NCBI GenBank assembly: GCA_021432655.1
Contig: MU271628.1
Coordinates: 1 to 37,915, forward strand
Length of the DNA stretch: 37,915 nt
DNA from: Atractiella rhizophila
Taxonomy: Eukaryota
Direction: 5' to 3'
Both the position numbers and the translations under genes were made by a program. Positions 1-9,512 of the stretch are shown piece by piece (within the stretch, counting starts at the first letter, position 1; each line of letters starts with the position of its first letter). A model generated the notes under the pieces. That model searched no databases. It was not told the origin of the DNA and saw nothing but the letters and a program-made list of their open reading frames with translations.

Positions 1-285
1 AGTGATATGGTGTCGCTGACTATTCTCAATCGAAAGACGTAGATATCCCATAGCTGCTTCTTTTCGCTCATCCCAATCTGTCTGTCTCTTCTCCACTTCA
101 AGTTGCTTCTGATAATCGATACTCGTAGGTTTCTCAGGAAGAGAATGGTCTACAGGACGAGTTTCTGTCCCAAGAATGATTCTCCCTGCTCGTTTCGTCT
201 GGAGAAAGGCAAAGATTTCTTCGGACCATATTGCGTAGTTTGTATCATTGAGTTTTTCAGAGACGAAAGTGGAAGCGTAAGACAT
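1..285 (-). CDS. gag: Copia Gag(-Pol) N-terminus, partial (absent from the ORF track because it runs off the window)
   Basis: ATG at 285, 95 open codons: MSYASTFVSEKLNDTNYAIWSEEIFAFLQTKRAGRIILGTETRP...DWDERKEAAMGYLRLSIENSQRHHIT. KLNxxNYxxW and W-x-E-R-x-E-x-A-x-G patterns are typical of Copia Gag. Confidence 0.85.
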   Translation of the reverse strand, partial: MSYASTFVSEKLNDTNYAIWSEEIFAFLQTKRAGRIILGTETRPVDHSLPEKPTSIDYQKQLEVEKRQTDWDERKEAAMGYLRLSIENSQRHHIT

Positions 286-777
286 CTTGAGACTAATCTG
301 CGGTTTATTGATAGGTTGTTTGGAATGAGATATACAGTTTGTAACCAAACTTAACAAGAACTCCAAAGTTGAGGGTTACTGCACTATTATAGGATGATTG
401 ACGTCCTTGCTATGCGATAAAGCAGTCTAAAAGACTGTCTGACAATATCACAAGGGCGTACTGTAAACAGAGGTCCCAAGAAGAAGGCCTATGGACTTCT
501 TCCGTGACTTGGTACGTTGCCTGGTGTAGAGACTTGTTTACAGTTTCCAAATGCAGCACTCCAACACAACTCCTTTATCCTTATCAAGATTTGATCACTC
601 ACTGTTGATAGTACCTTCAGCTCCTAGTCAGAATACGCCGATCCTGCTAGTCTAGGGTATGCACCGATCCCCTGCTGAAAATAATCTAATCTCCAACCCC
701 TGCTCCTTGTTGATACGGTCCAAAGTCTGTTGTTAGGTGCGGGTGCGAGATAAGGGTTTTCTCCCGGCTAGAGTGTT

Positions 778-789
778 GGGCTCATAACC
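778..789 (-). promoter_or_regulatory. Primer-binding site, Copia-type (tRNA-iMet fragment)
   Basis: Minus strand GGTTATGAGCCC directly abuts the LTR end ...CAACA. Confidence 0.85.
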
Positions 790-987
790 TGTTGAGACTA
801 GGATTCTTCCTATCACACTGGGAAGCGTACATTGCAGAAGAAACTCACCTAGGATTCTTCCTATCACACTGGGAAGCGTGAAGGGAAAAATTCCTTGTGA
901 GGGGGGTATATGTGTATTTTACATTGCGGGGCATTGCGGGGCATTCATGTGACCATAATTGTCACTGTTTGTCGCTTATCTCCAACA
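790..987 (-). repeat. Copia 5' LTR (198 bp) with an internal perfect 31-bp direct repeat (798-828, 849-879)
   Basis: TG...CA termini with imperfect inverted ends (TGTTGAGA / TCTCCAACA). CTAGGATTCTTCCTATCACACTGGGAAGCGT occurs twice, 20 bp apart. Confidence 0.85.
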
Positions 988-1921
988 AATATCAATATCA
1001 CAGTACACGGGAGGTTGAGTTTAGGATCCAGGGGAGCCACTCCAGGACGGCGAAGCAGAGAGTCCGGATGAAACACAGTTTGCTGTCTCCAAGGACTCAA
1101 AAACGAGTTCAAGTTATTGGATCCATGCCTCCCGGAGACTCATTAACCGACTCTGATGGGAGTCGTTTTTCTGGCTTTAGCTGTTGCTTCTGCTCCCTCT
1201 CCCGTTGGTATTGTTCCTTGAGCTTATGAGGAAAGAAGGTATAAAATTGCATCAGATAAAATAGTTGGACAAAATACAAAAGGCCAGCATCATCATATCT
1301 TAACTGGACCTCCCTCCCGGCTCCTTCATTCCTTCCTCACTTGCTAGTGTGCTCCACCTTTCTTGTCTCTACCTGGTAACCATGCCATGTTCTGTAGGGG
1401 GTTAAAGAAAGTGGGATCAATGTACAAGCCACATGTCAATAGTTGGGACGGCTGTGACGCGAATTGCGATTAATTAGCCACTTTCCCACTCCAAACGACT
1501 ACAGTTAGCCAATGTTTACAGTGGTAGTAAGAGAGATGGAAATGTTTGATAACATATCAGTGGCAGGGCTAATGAACTGACCACACCGTTTCTCCTCCAT
1601 GTTCCCTTTTTGAATAGGTGAGAGCTTGGCGAGGAAGTGATTGCTCCGGAACAACAACACTTCGCAACATATATCCAAAGGAGATGTATCAGATTCGACA
1701 TCGGGTGAACAGAGGTGCATTGATGGAGCAATTTGGAGTGAAGCACCTTCAGATTCACCAATCATCGTGTGCTTCTCCCTGGAAGGGGTTTGAAACCTTG
1801 AAGGTTATTGTAAACATACATATCTTCTGTGCAGGTGCCGTATATAACACATCCAATCCAGAGGACAATTCAGAGGTGAGGGAGTTGAGAAGGATGAAGA
1901 AGGAGACAAACACGAAAGACT

Positions 1922-2374
1922 TGTCAGGCTTGCCCCTACACATTACCGAAATGCACCATCTGAAGTCACGTGACCTACTTTGCCTCGTCATGGGATCACG
2001 TGCCTCCCCATCGCCGCTTTGCTCATGCTCACGCTGTCCACCGCTCAGCAAACCTTACACATTTCGCTGGTCTGCACCGTCCCATTTTCGTCTTACTATC
2101 CTTTCTCACTAGTACTGTTCGTATCTCTTATTTCCGAGTATCCCTTCATTGCTTTCCTGATCTAGTTATCTTACGTGTTTCAAGAAGTAGAGTTTATGGC
2201 AGTGTCTTTACATATGTATATATACCTTGAGATGTAGTGGTGGCGACCTTAGAGTATTCTCTTAGGTTTACCTCCACTACAGGTTAGTCTTCTCATGCCA
2301 TACTATTCGCTTAGGTTTACCTCCACTACAGACGCATCGCCCGTCAGCGACCGCACATAGTGTCAGCCCTAACA
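1922..2374 (+). repeat. Gypsy LTR copy 1 (5' LTR, 453 bp)
   Basis: TGTCAGG...CCCTAACA termini. Homologous to 3508-3997, 14392-14882, the split copy at 9318-14225, and the 3' half of 8238-8685. TATATATA at 2217-2224; 28-bp direct repeat at 2255-2282 and 2304-2331. Confidence 0.92.
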
Positions 2375-2434
2375 GAAGAACACACTCTCTCCATTTCAAA
2401 ACCAAACTTAGAAACGTCGGAGGTTTGGGGAGAT

Positions 2435-2960
2435 ATGGAAACGCGCGAACTGCTGACGAGTGAAGAACACATCCATCACTTAGAAAAGATGTTCCAAACT
2501 CTACACCTAACAACCGAAAAGCAGTTCAAAAAACACGAACAAGACCTCATACCAAGTTTCAACCAACAAAATGCGCATGAAATTGCGCAACTGAGGTCCG
2601 ATGTCCAAAACACAAACGACCGAATTTTGCAATTATTGGACTCCAGACTGCCCCCTCCTAGAGACAGTGGAACCACCTCTCCTTTCTTATCGCGAACAGA
2701 CCCAATACCTCAAACTTATTCTCCTCCGTCTATATCCCAGACTGCCCAAGTAGCACCGTATGCAGGTATCAAGCTCGCTCCACCTTCAATCTTCAAAGGA
2801 GCACCCAAATTTTCCACAGCCACTCGTCGACTATTTTCAAGCACGACCAATTTACGTTCCACACCTTGACCGTTGCCAAGCGCAATTCCCGACAGAAAAA
2901 TCGAAAAGCTCTAGTTACCCTTTCCTTTACATGAAACAAGGTAGCCATGCGGAAAAACTC
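2435..2960 (+). pseudogene. gag: Ty3/Gypsy gag N-terminal remnant (frameshifted, truncated)
   Basis: METRELL...IKLAPPSIFKG, then a shifted frame QPLVDYFQARP...QFPTEKSK...YMKQGSHAEK. Resembles fungal Gypsy Gag (KLxxPxxFxG; YFxxxP; FxxExxK). Lies just after the 5' LTR. Confidence 0.75.
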
Positions 2961-3384
2961 GGACCGCTGAAAACCGAGTTTCAGGCCGACTTCCTCCAAA
3001 ACGAGCAACGAATGTTCATGGGAACAATTTTAGACGAAGTTCAGAACGCAATGCCTGCAAGACAGACCACAAGCGCATCTGCACAGAAAATGAAAAAACT
3101 TCCCTCCAGCACCGAAACCTTGGGCAACCTCAGAAACCATTCGCACATTCCCATCGCCGAAGGGTTACCACACAAAATATACGAGAAAAGAAAACTCACC
3201 TCTGATAATGAACCTCATCACAAAATTTGACATACAAACGGTAGCACCCAATCCCCCACTCCAGCACATCAAAGAAATGCCCAAAGTTCACCTCCTTCGC
3301 TTTCTCCACGTCCCAGAAAATGGTGCTCTCCTTCCTATCCTTGTTCGCCAGAACGAAGTCGAAGAGTTGCGCATCGGTCGACAT
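2950..3384 (-). pseudogene. Antisense, apparently spliced gene of unknown function inside the Gypsy element
   Basis: AAAATGTC start at 3384. The 61-codon exon MSTDAQLFDFVLANKDRKESTIFWDVEKAKEVNFGHFFDVLEWGIGCYRLYVKFCDEVHYQ ends at AG|GTGAGT (3199). The downstream phase-compatible frame reads DGNVRMVSEVAQGFGAGGKFFHFLCRCACGLSCRHCVLNFV*NCSHEHSLLVLEEVG. Possible 5'UTR intron at 3479-3421 (GTGAGT...CAG). Confidence 0.5.
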
Positions 3385-3490
3385 TTTTGCAAGAGTAGAC
3401 GGAGGGTGATGGTGATAGAACTGGAAAATTTTTCGCCCAAGCTAGCCGCAAACCTTAACTTTAAAATTCCGTGACTCACGTACACGAGTC

Positions 3491-3507
3491 AGAAATTTGG
3501 GGGGTGT
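3491..3507 (+). promoter_or_regulatory. Polypurine-tract-like element before LTR copy 2
   Basis: AGAAATTTGGGGGGTGT directly precedes TGTCAGG; a similar AGAAACTGGCGGGTGT precedes LTR copy 3 (8222-8237). Confidence 0.7.
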
Positions 3508-3997
3508 TGTCAGGCTTGCCCCTACGCATTACCGAAATGCACCATCTGAAGTCACGTGACCTACTTTACCATGCCATAGGACCACGCGCCTGCCCATCGC
3601 CGCTTTGCTCACGTTCTCGCTGATCGCCGCCTTCCCCTGTCTCACACTAATCGCCGCTCAGCAAACCTTAACCATTTCGCCAGTCTGCACCGTCTCCATT
3701 ATTGCTTTATTGTCCTTTCTCACTTGTACTGCTCAGTATGTCTTATTTCCGAGTTTTCCTTTTATTGCTTTCCTGATCTAGCTATCTTACATGTTTCAAG
3801 AAACTTATGATACAGTTTATGGCAGTGCTTTTACATATGGATATATACATCGAGATGTAGTGGTGGTGACCTCAGAGTATTCTCTTAGGTTTACCTCCAC
3901 TACAGGTTAGTCTCCTCATGCCATACTATTCTCTTAGGTTTACCTCCACTACAGACGCATCGCCTATCGGCGACCGCACATAGTGTCAGCCCTAACA
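3508..3997 (+). repeat. Gypsy LTR copy 2 (490 bp)
   Basis: TGTCAGG...CCCTAACA; perfect 28-bp direct repeat at 3878-3905 and 3927-3954; preceded by a PPT-like tract. Confidence 0.92.
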
Positions 3998-4017
3998 ATG
4001 ACTCCCCATTTCCAAAA

Positions 4018-7000
4018 TTGTGTTTTCCATCTTGGAGACAAAGATGCGCAGATGTCGCAAAAATGTATGACAAAGTCCACTTACCTTCGGCAACGGCATC
4101 CCTAGTCAGTTCGAAAACAAAACTCAGAACCGCTTTTCATCACCCATACTCCCATTGCCGACACGCCACATTGGCATTCGTGGACAGCGGGGCAACCACT
4201 TCTTTCATTTCTCCAAAATTCATTTCTGAATACAACCTACCCGTCACTCAACTCCCTTCCCCGGTGCCCATTTGCAATATCGACGGATCCCTCAATCAGG
4301 GGGGTTCCATCCATTCTGTCGCTTATTTACCCATTTCGATCGCCGCCCATCACGAAGTTTGACAATCCGCTGTGGCGGAGTTGGGGACAGTCAACATGAC
4401 TCTAGGTCATGACTGGCTAAGACACCACAACCCAGAGATTAACTGGGTGTCAGGGAAAGTTGAGTTCTCTCGTTGCCCCACTAGTTGCAACTCGGTTGAT
4501 GTGTCTACCACACGAGACCAACTTCCATCGTCCTCTGCCTCAATACGTGCCGCCATGACAAAATCGCAGAAATTGGAGAAAGACGCCGCAGTGATGAGAC
4601 CAAAGAACGTTGTCGAAATACTGACGCAAATCGCCGATTTTGCAGACATTTTCGACGACGAAAATTCAAAAGCTCGCTTCCTCCGCGACGACCTTGGGAC
4701 CATGCCATCGACCTCAAACCAGAAGCTCAACCATATGCTGGTCCCATCTACCCCTTGAAAAGAGACGAACCAGCAGCACTCGACCAATTCATTGACCCTG
4801 AACTGAGCGCTGGTCGTATACGTCCTAGCACAGGTGAACACGGCGCTTCCATCTTTTTTACACACAAAAAAGACTCACCCGAACTTCGTCCCCTTTTCGA
4901 CTATCGTAAGTTGAATGAAGCCACAATCAAGGACAAAACTCCACTCCCTATCCAAGCCGACCTCTTCTCCATGGTCTCTGATAAGAAATTTTTCAGCAAG
5001 ATTGACCTGAGAAAGGGTTTCAACAACGTTCGCATCAAAGAAGGAGACAAGCACAAAGCGGCATTTCGCACAAATCGCGGACTTTTCGAATTATTGGTGA
5101 TGTATTTCGGTCTCTGCAACTCACTGGCGATTTTTCAGGCCTTCCTGAACTCTATTTTTCGCGCGATGATCGCCGCTGCGTTCATCTTCATATACATTGA
5201 CGACACCCTCATTGCGACAGAGACCGAAGAAGAACATTGGGAATGTGTTCGATAAGTTTGTCAAATTTTGCGCGAAAATGGGCTTTATGTTAACTTACAG
5301 AAATGTGTCTGGTGTCAAAACGAAGTAGCGTATCTAGGATTGATCATTACCAGCAGAGGGATCGAACCGGATCCAGTAAAGGTTGCAGGAGTGATGGATT
5401 GGCCGGAACCGAAAAACATGAAGGAAGTCCAAATGTTCCTTGGTTTCGCTAATTTCTATCGCCGCTTTTGCGACAGATTTAGTCACATCGCAAGACCTTT
5501 ATATGAACTGACCAAAAAAGAGATTTCCTGGGTCTGGGGGGTAGATGAACGACGTTCGTTCGCCGCTTTGAAGCAGCGCATGACTTCGGCACCCGTTTCG
5601 GCACATCCCGAACAAATAGGACGATTTTTGCTCGAAGTCGATGCGTCAAAATTTCGCGACAGGCGCCGTTTTGTCACAAATGAAACTAGATGGGAAGTTT
5701 CATCCTCTCGGTTTCGTATCAAAATCGCTCGACGCTGCCCAGAGGAACTATGACACCTATGACAAAGAAATGCTCGCGATTATGCGGGGACTGCATGAAT
5801 GGAGACACCTTCTTCAAGGTACTGATGAGCGATTTCTGATTTTTGACCGATCACAAAAATCTTGAGTATTTCAGAATGCCGCAGAAGTTGAATCGCCGAC
5901 AGGCACGCTGGATCACTGAACTTGCATCTTTCAACTTCACACTTTTACACCGTCCTGGGCGGAACTCCGCAAAACCAGATGCGCTCAGTCGGCGACTGGA
6001 TCACAAACCGGCGACTTGCGACAACTTTGACGTAGTGTTACTCCCAGAACGTTTTTTCAACACGGATCGTATCACGATCAACGCGACTGGGAGCACGGTT
6101 GCGCTCACAAGACAAATGTCGCAGTTGAGTATACTGGAAGGCGTGAAAAAGGTACCCGAACGAGAAGAACAAGTAGTCAAGGCCTTGAGAGAGATCCTAG
6201 ACGAACCGGTCGACGCGATTCGCTGACGGGAGTGGCAAGAAGTCGATGGTGCTATCTATTTTCGTGGAAAACTCTACATTCCCCGCGACGACGAAATTCG
6301 CTGCTCGATTTTGCAAGACCTGCACGATTCGCAAATCGCCAGTCATCCAGGCGTAAAATCGACGACGGCTCTCATAAGAAGGTACTACTGGTGGCCAGGT
6401 TTGGCGCATTTGGTTCGCCTCTATGTCGGCGCCTGTCACACTTGCCACAGAACGAAAAACTTTCCTTCCCCACCTGTCGGGTTTTTGCAACCAAATGACA
6501 TTCCCACACGTCGCTGGCAAATTGTCAGCATGGACTTGGTTGGACCACTCCCAGAATCTGGGGGGTTTGACACGATTTTCGTAATAGTAGACAGACTCTC
6601 AAAATGCACCCATCTCATCCGCACCCATTCGACGATGGATGCAGAGGGCCTCGCAAGACTTTTTCACGACCACGTATGGAAGCTACATGGACTTTTTGAT
6701 GTCGCAATTTTCGATTGTGGAAAAGAGTTTGTGTCTAAATTCACATCTGCACTTTTTCGCCTATTGGGTATCAAAGGCTCAACATCGACAGCCTATCATC
6801 CACAAAGTGATGGCCAGACTGAACGTATGAACCAAGAAGTTGAGCAATATTTGCGCATTTTCTGCAATCACCTTCAGGATAATTGGGTGGAAGGACTTCC
6901 CAACTCAGAATTTGCGCTCAACAATCGCGTTAGTTCGACGGGCGTAACTCCATTTTCGCTCGATTGCGGTCAACATCCCCGCGTGACCTTTGAAACCATC

Positions 7001-7703
7001 TCTGACGAGGACGTTCCCGCAGCGGCGCAATTCATCGAAAAGATGCAAATCGCTGACCGGGAAGCACAAGCAGCACTTGAACAAGCAGCAGATCTCATGG
7101 CAAAACATTATGACAGAAAACGCGCACTGGCGCCCGAATATCACGTCGGCGATTTCGTCTGGTTGAGCGCGAAAAACATCAAATCAACGAGACCCGTCAA
7201 AAAGTTAGACGACAAATGGCATGGCCCTTTTCGTGTTTTGCAAGTTTTGGGTCCCCTCAACATTAAACTCGAGTTGCCATCCTCATGGACATCCAGTGTT
7301 CTATGTGGGCCTAATACGAAAAGTCAACGAAGACGACATCCCGGGCAGAGTCCAGTTGCCCAAACCACCTCCAGAATTGGTGAATGGAATTGAAGAATGG
7401 GAAGTGGAAAAAATTGTTGATGGAAAATGGTTCGGTACCCGAAATATAGTTTTCAAATATCGCGTTCGATACAAAGGGTATTCACCATCTGAAGACGAGT
7501 GGATCAACATCGCAGATCTAGAAAATTCGCAGGATGCTATAAAAGACTATCACACTGCACACCCTCTTGCAGTTCGTCCCAATTTCATATCAAACTCAGC
7601 CAAAAATCGCCCAAATGCGCGTTTCGTAACCTTCGACGAAAACGCGCTAAAGGTTCTTCCTCACTTTAAGGGGTCTAACACCCCTGTATGCCTTGCCGGG
7701 TGA
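4018..7703 (+). pseudogene. pol: Ty3/Gypsy chromovirus pol (protease-RT-RNase H-integrase-chromodomain), broken by frameshifts and stops
   Basis: Protease AFVDSGATTSFI and LGHDWL. RT LRPLFDYRKLN, KIDLRKGF, YIDD. RNase H EVDAS.../DKEMLAI/TDHKNL. Integrase HxxxxxxHPG...CHTC, SMDLVGPL, YHPQSDGQTERMNQ, WHGPF. Chromodomain EEWEVEKIVD...YRVRYKGYSPSEDEW. Split over about 8 ORFs. Confidence 0.95.
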
Positions 7704-8020
7704 AGTCCTAGTCTTTGGTACTTAGGTTAAGGCAAGGCGCCGACTTGCTCCTCAACGGGCAGGTCGGCAACTTGGTCATTGGTGAGTCCATTCATCTCCT
7801 GTCAAAGACGAATGCTCATTGTGTTCTCACACCATCACCAATGTCGCATTTACGAAAATGGCCCTCAATCGTGAGGTATCCTCCCCCTTACTTTAAGAGG
7901 ATCTACTCCTCTGCACACCTCACTGGGTGAATCCCTAGTCACATTGTTGAACATAGGTCTAGGCGAGGCGCCGGTCTGTTCAACGGACAGATCGTGATCG
8001 GTTTGTTGGTGAGTTGTCCA
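7661..8020. repeat. Diverged direct repeat (~130 bp units at 7661-7790 and 7888-8020) between pol and the 3' LTR
   Basis: By-eye alignment shows shared blocks ACTTTAAG, GGGTGAA..CCTAGTC, TAGGT..AGGC.AGGCGCCG, TCAACGG.CAG.TCG and TTGGTGAGT. Confidence 0.75.
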
Positions 8021-8237
8021 GCTCGTTTTCGCAGGATGGACACTTATTACACCAAAACAACACCTGGTCAACTTCAAAAAAATTCCTTAAATTGCAAGGT
8101 ACATAATGTCTCTTTACTCTGACGATTTCATCTCCTTTCAAGCGGCCGCTTGCACTTTAGGCATTTTTGGCAAATAGGCAAACCTCACGAAGCAGAAGTT
8201 TCTGCCTGCAGCAAGCATCACAGAAACTGGCGGGTGT

Positions 8238-8685
8238 TGTCAGGTTTGCATCTTAGGCAAATCGGCGCCTGTTCGCCTGTTCGCATTCTACACAAATCTG
8301 GGAACTGTCGCCACTCTGAGTCTCCTGTCGCCTATTTGCATGCAGTGCAAATCGGCGCCGGGTCGCCTGTTCGCCCATTCGCCCATTTGCGCCTACATCA
8401 CCACTTAGCCCAATTGTCCCTATCCTCCTCTTATTAACTCCACGTAATCCCACTATCACTTCCCCTTTTAGTTCTCTTACATGTTTCATCTGCTCTCCTC
8501 TATGCTCTGTGGCAGTGTTATTCCGCTTGTATACATAGATCGGAGAGTAGTGGAGGTGACCTTAGAGTATTCTCTTAGGTTTATCTCCAATACAGGTTAG
8601 TCTTCATGCCATATCATGCTCTTAGGTTTATCTCCACTGCAGACACATGGCCCGTCGGCGACCGCACATAATGTCAGCCCTAACA
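8238..8685 (+). repeat. Gypsy LTR copy 3 (3' LTR, 448 bp; different subfamily with a distinct U3)
   Basis: TGTCAGG...CCCTAACA, preceded by the PPT-like tract. The 3' half aligns to the other LTRs. The 5' half differs and has two GCAAATCGGCGCC...TCGCCTGTTCGC repeats. Confidence 0.88.
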
Positions 8686-9512
8686 TGAACTCCCTCAGAT
8701 TTTGAATTTCCTGGACACCAAAGTCACTTTGCCGTGTAGATCCATGTATGGATCCACACTCCTCACAATATTCTGTTAACCCATCCGTCTATACAATGTA
8801 CACTGCTGTTGCAGGCTTATGCCATAAGTCTCAAGCTGTCAACTACCCTGTCTGTGTAGTGTTGCCAGCTTTCACCTCCAGCCTTGAGCTAACTGCGACA
8901 CATTAATTGGACCATAAGTGACCTTAAGTGCCAATATCTGTGAGATCAGCTCTCCCTCCCATTCTACACTTTGGGTTAGGGTCATGTTCTGGTTCCACAG
9001 CAATTTGACCACCATCACACTGTGGACCAGGTCCAGCGTACAATATTTACCTACATATACCTGCTACGTTGCAGTTAGACAAAGTTATCCAAAGCACAAC
9101 TCTGCAACCTCACTGTATGAACCTTGCCTGTTGATGTTACTACATCATATTGTCCGATAGTACTGCTTAATCTATATCGTTTCATTATGATTTCAGCTTA
9201 GGGTTATATAAAACCCTTCACTTATCAATAAGCTGTTTGATGGGAAGAGTGACAAAACTAAAAGCCCAGAAAACGAAATTCTAGTCCTAGTCCAATGCAA
9301 AGTGAGTAAGTTACTGCTGTTAGGGCTGACACTATGTACGGTCGCCGACGGGTGATGCATCTGTAGTGGAGATAAACCTAAGGATAATATGACAGAGAAG
9401 ACTAACCTGTAGTGGAGATAAACCTAAAATACTCTAAGGTCATCACCACTACGTCTCAATTTTATACTTACACAAGTGTGTCAATGGCCTTCGTCCCTCA
9501 GCCTCCCCAACC

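Larger units (their letters stand above)
1..987 (-). mobile_element. 5' end of a Ty1/Copia LTR retrotransposon (5' LTR, PBS, ~490 nt leader, start of gag); runs off the window
   Basis: On the minus strand: LTR TGTTGGAGA...TCTCAACA, then directly the Copia-type PBS GGTTATGAGCCC, then an ORF with Copia Gag N-terminal motifs. Confidence 0.9.

Noticed and set aside
798..879. 31-bp repeat with a 20-bp spacer (and the 28-bp Gypsy repeats) as a CRISPR-like array
   Set aside because: Only two units, inside eukaryotic LTRs, with the same spacer in every copy and no cas genes.
988..1921. ORFs 897-1229, 1505-1765 and 1618-2112
   Set aside because: No recognisable motif; two of them run into LTR sequence. 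Probably decayed or non-coding DNA.
1922..3997. A clean TRIM/non-autonomous element inserted into the larger Gypsy
   Set aside because: No TSD, the two LTRs differ more than LTR2 does from a solo LTR, and the sequence before 1922 is not gag-like.
4018..7703. Programmed frameshifting or read-through in pol
   Set aside because: Too many breaks at arbitrary positions within domains; decay or sequence error explains them.
8686..9317. Possible gene remnant between LTRs
   Set aside because: Appears CpG-poor and stop-ridden with no assignable motif.
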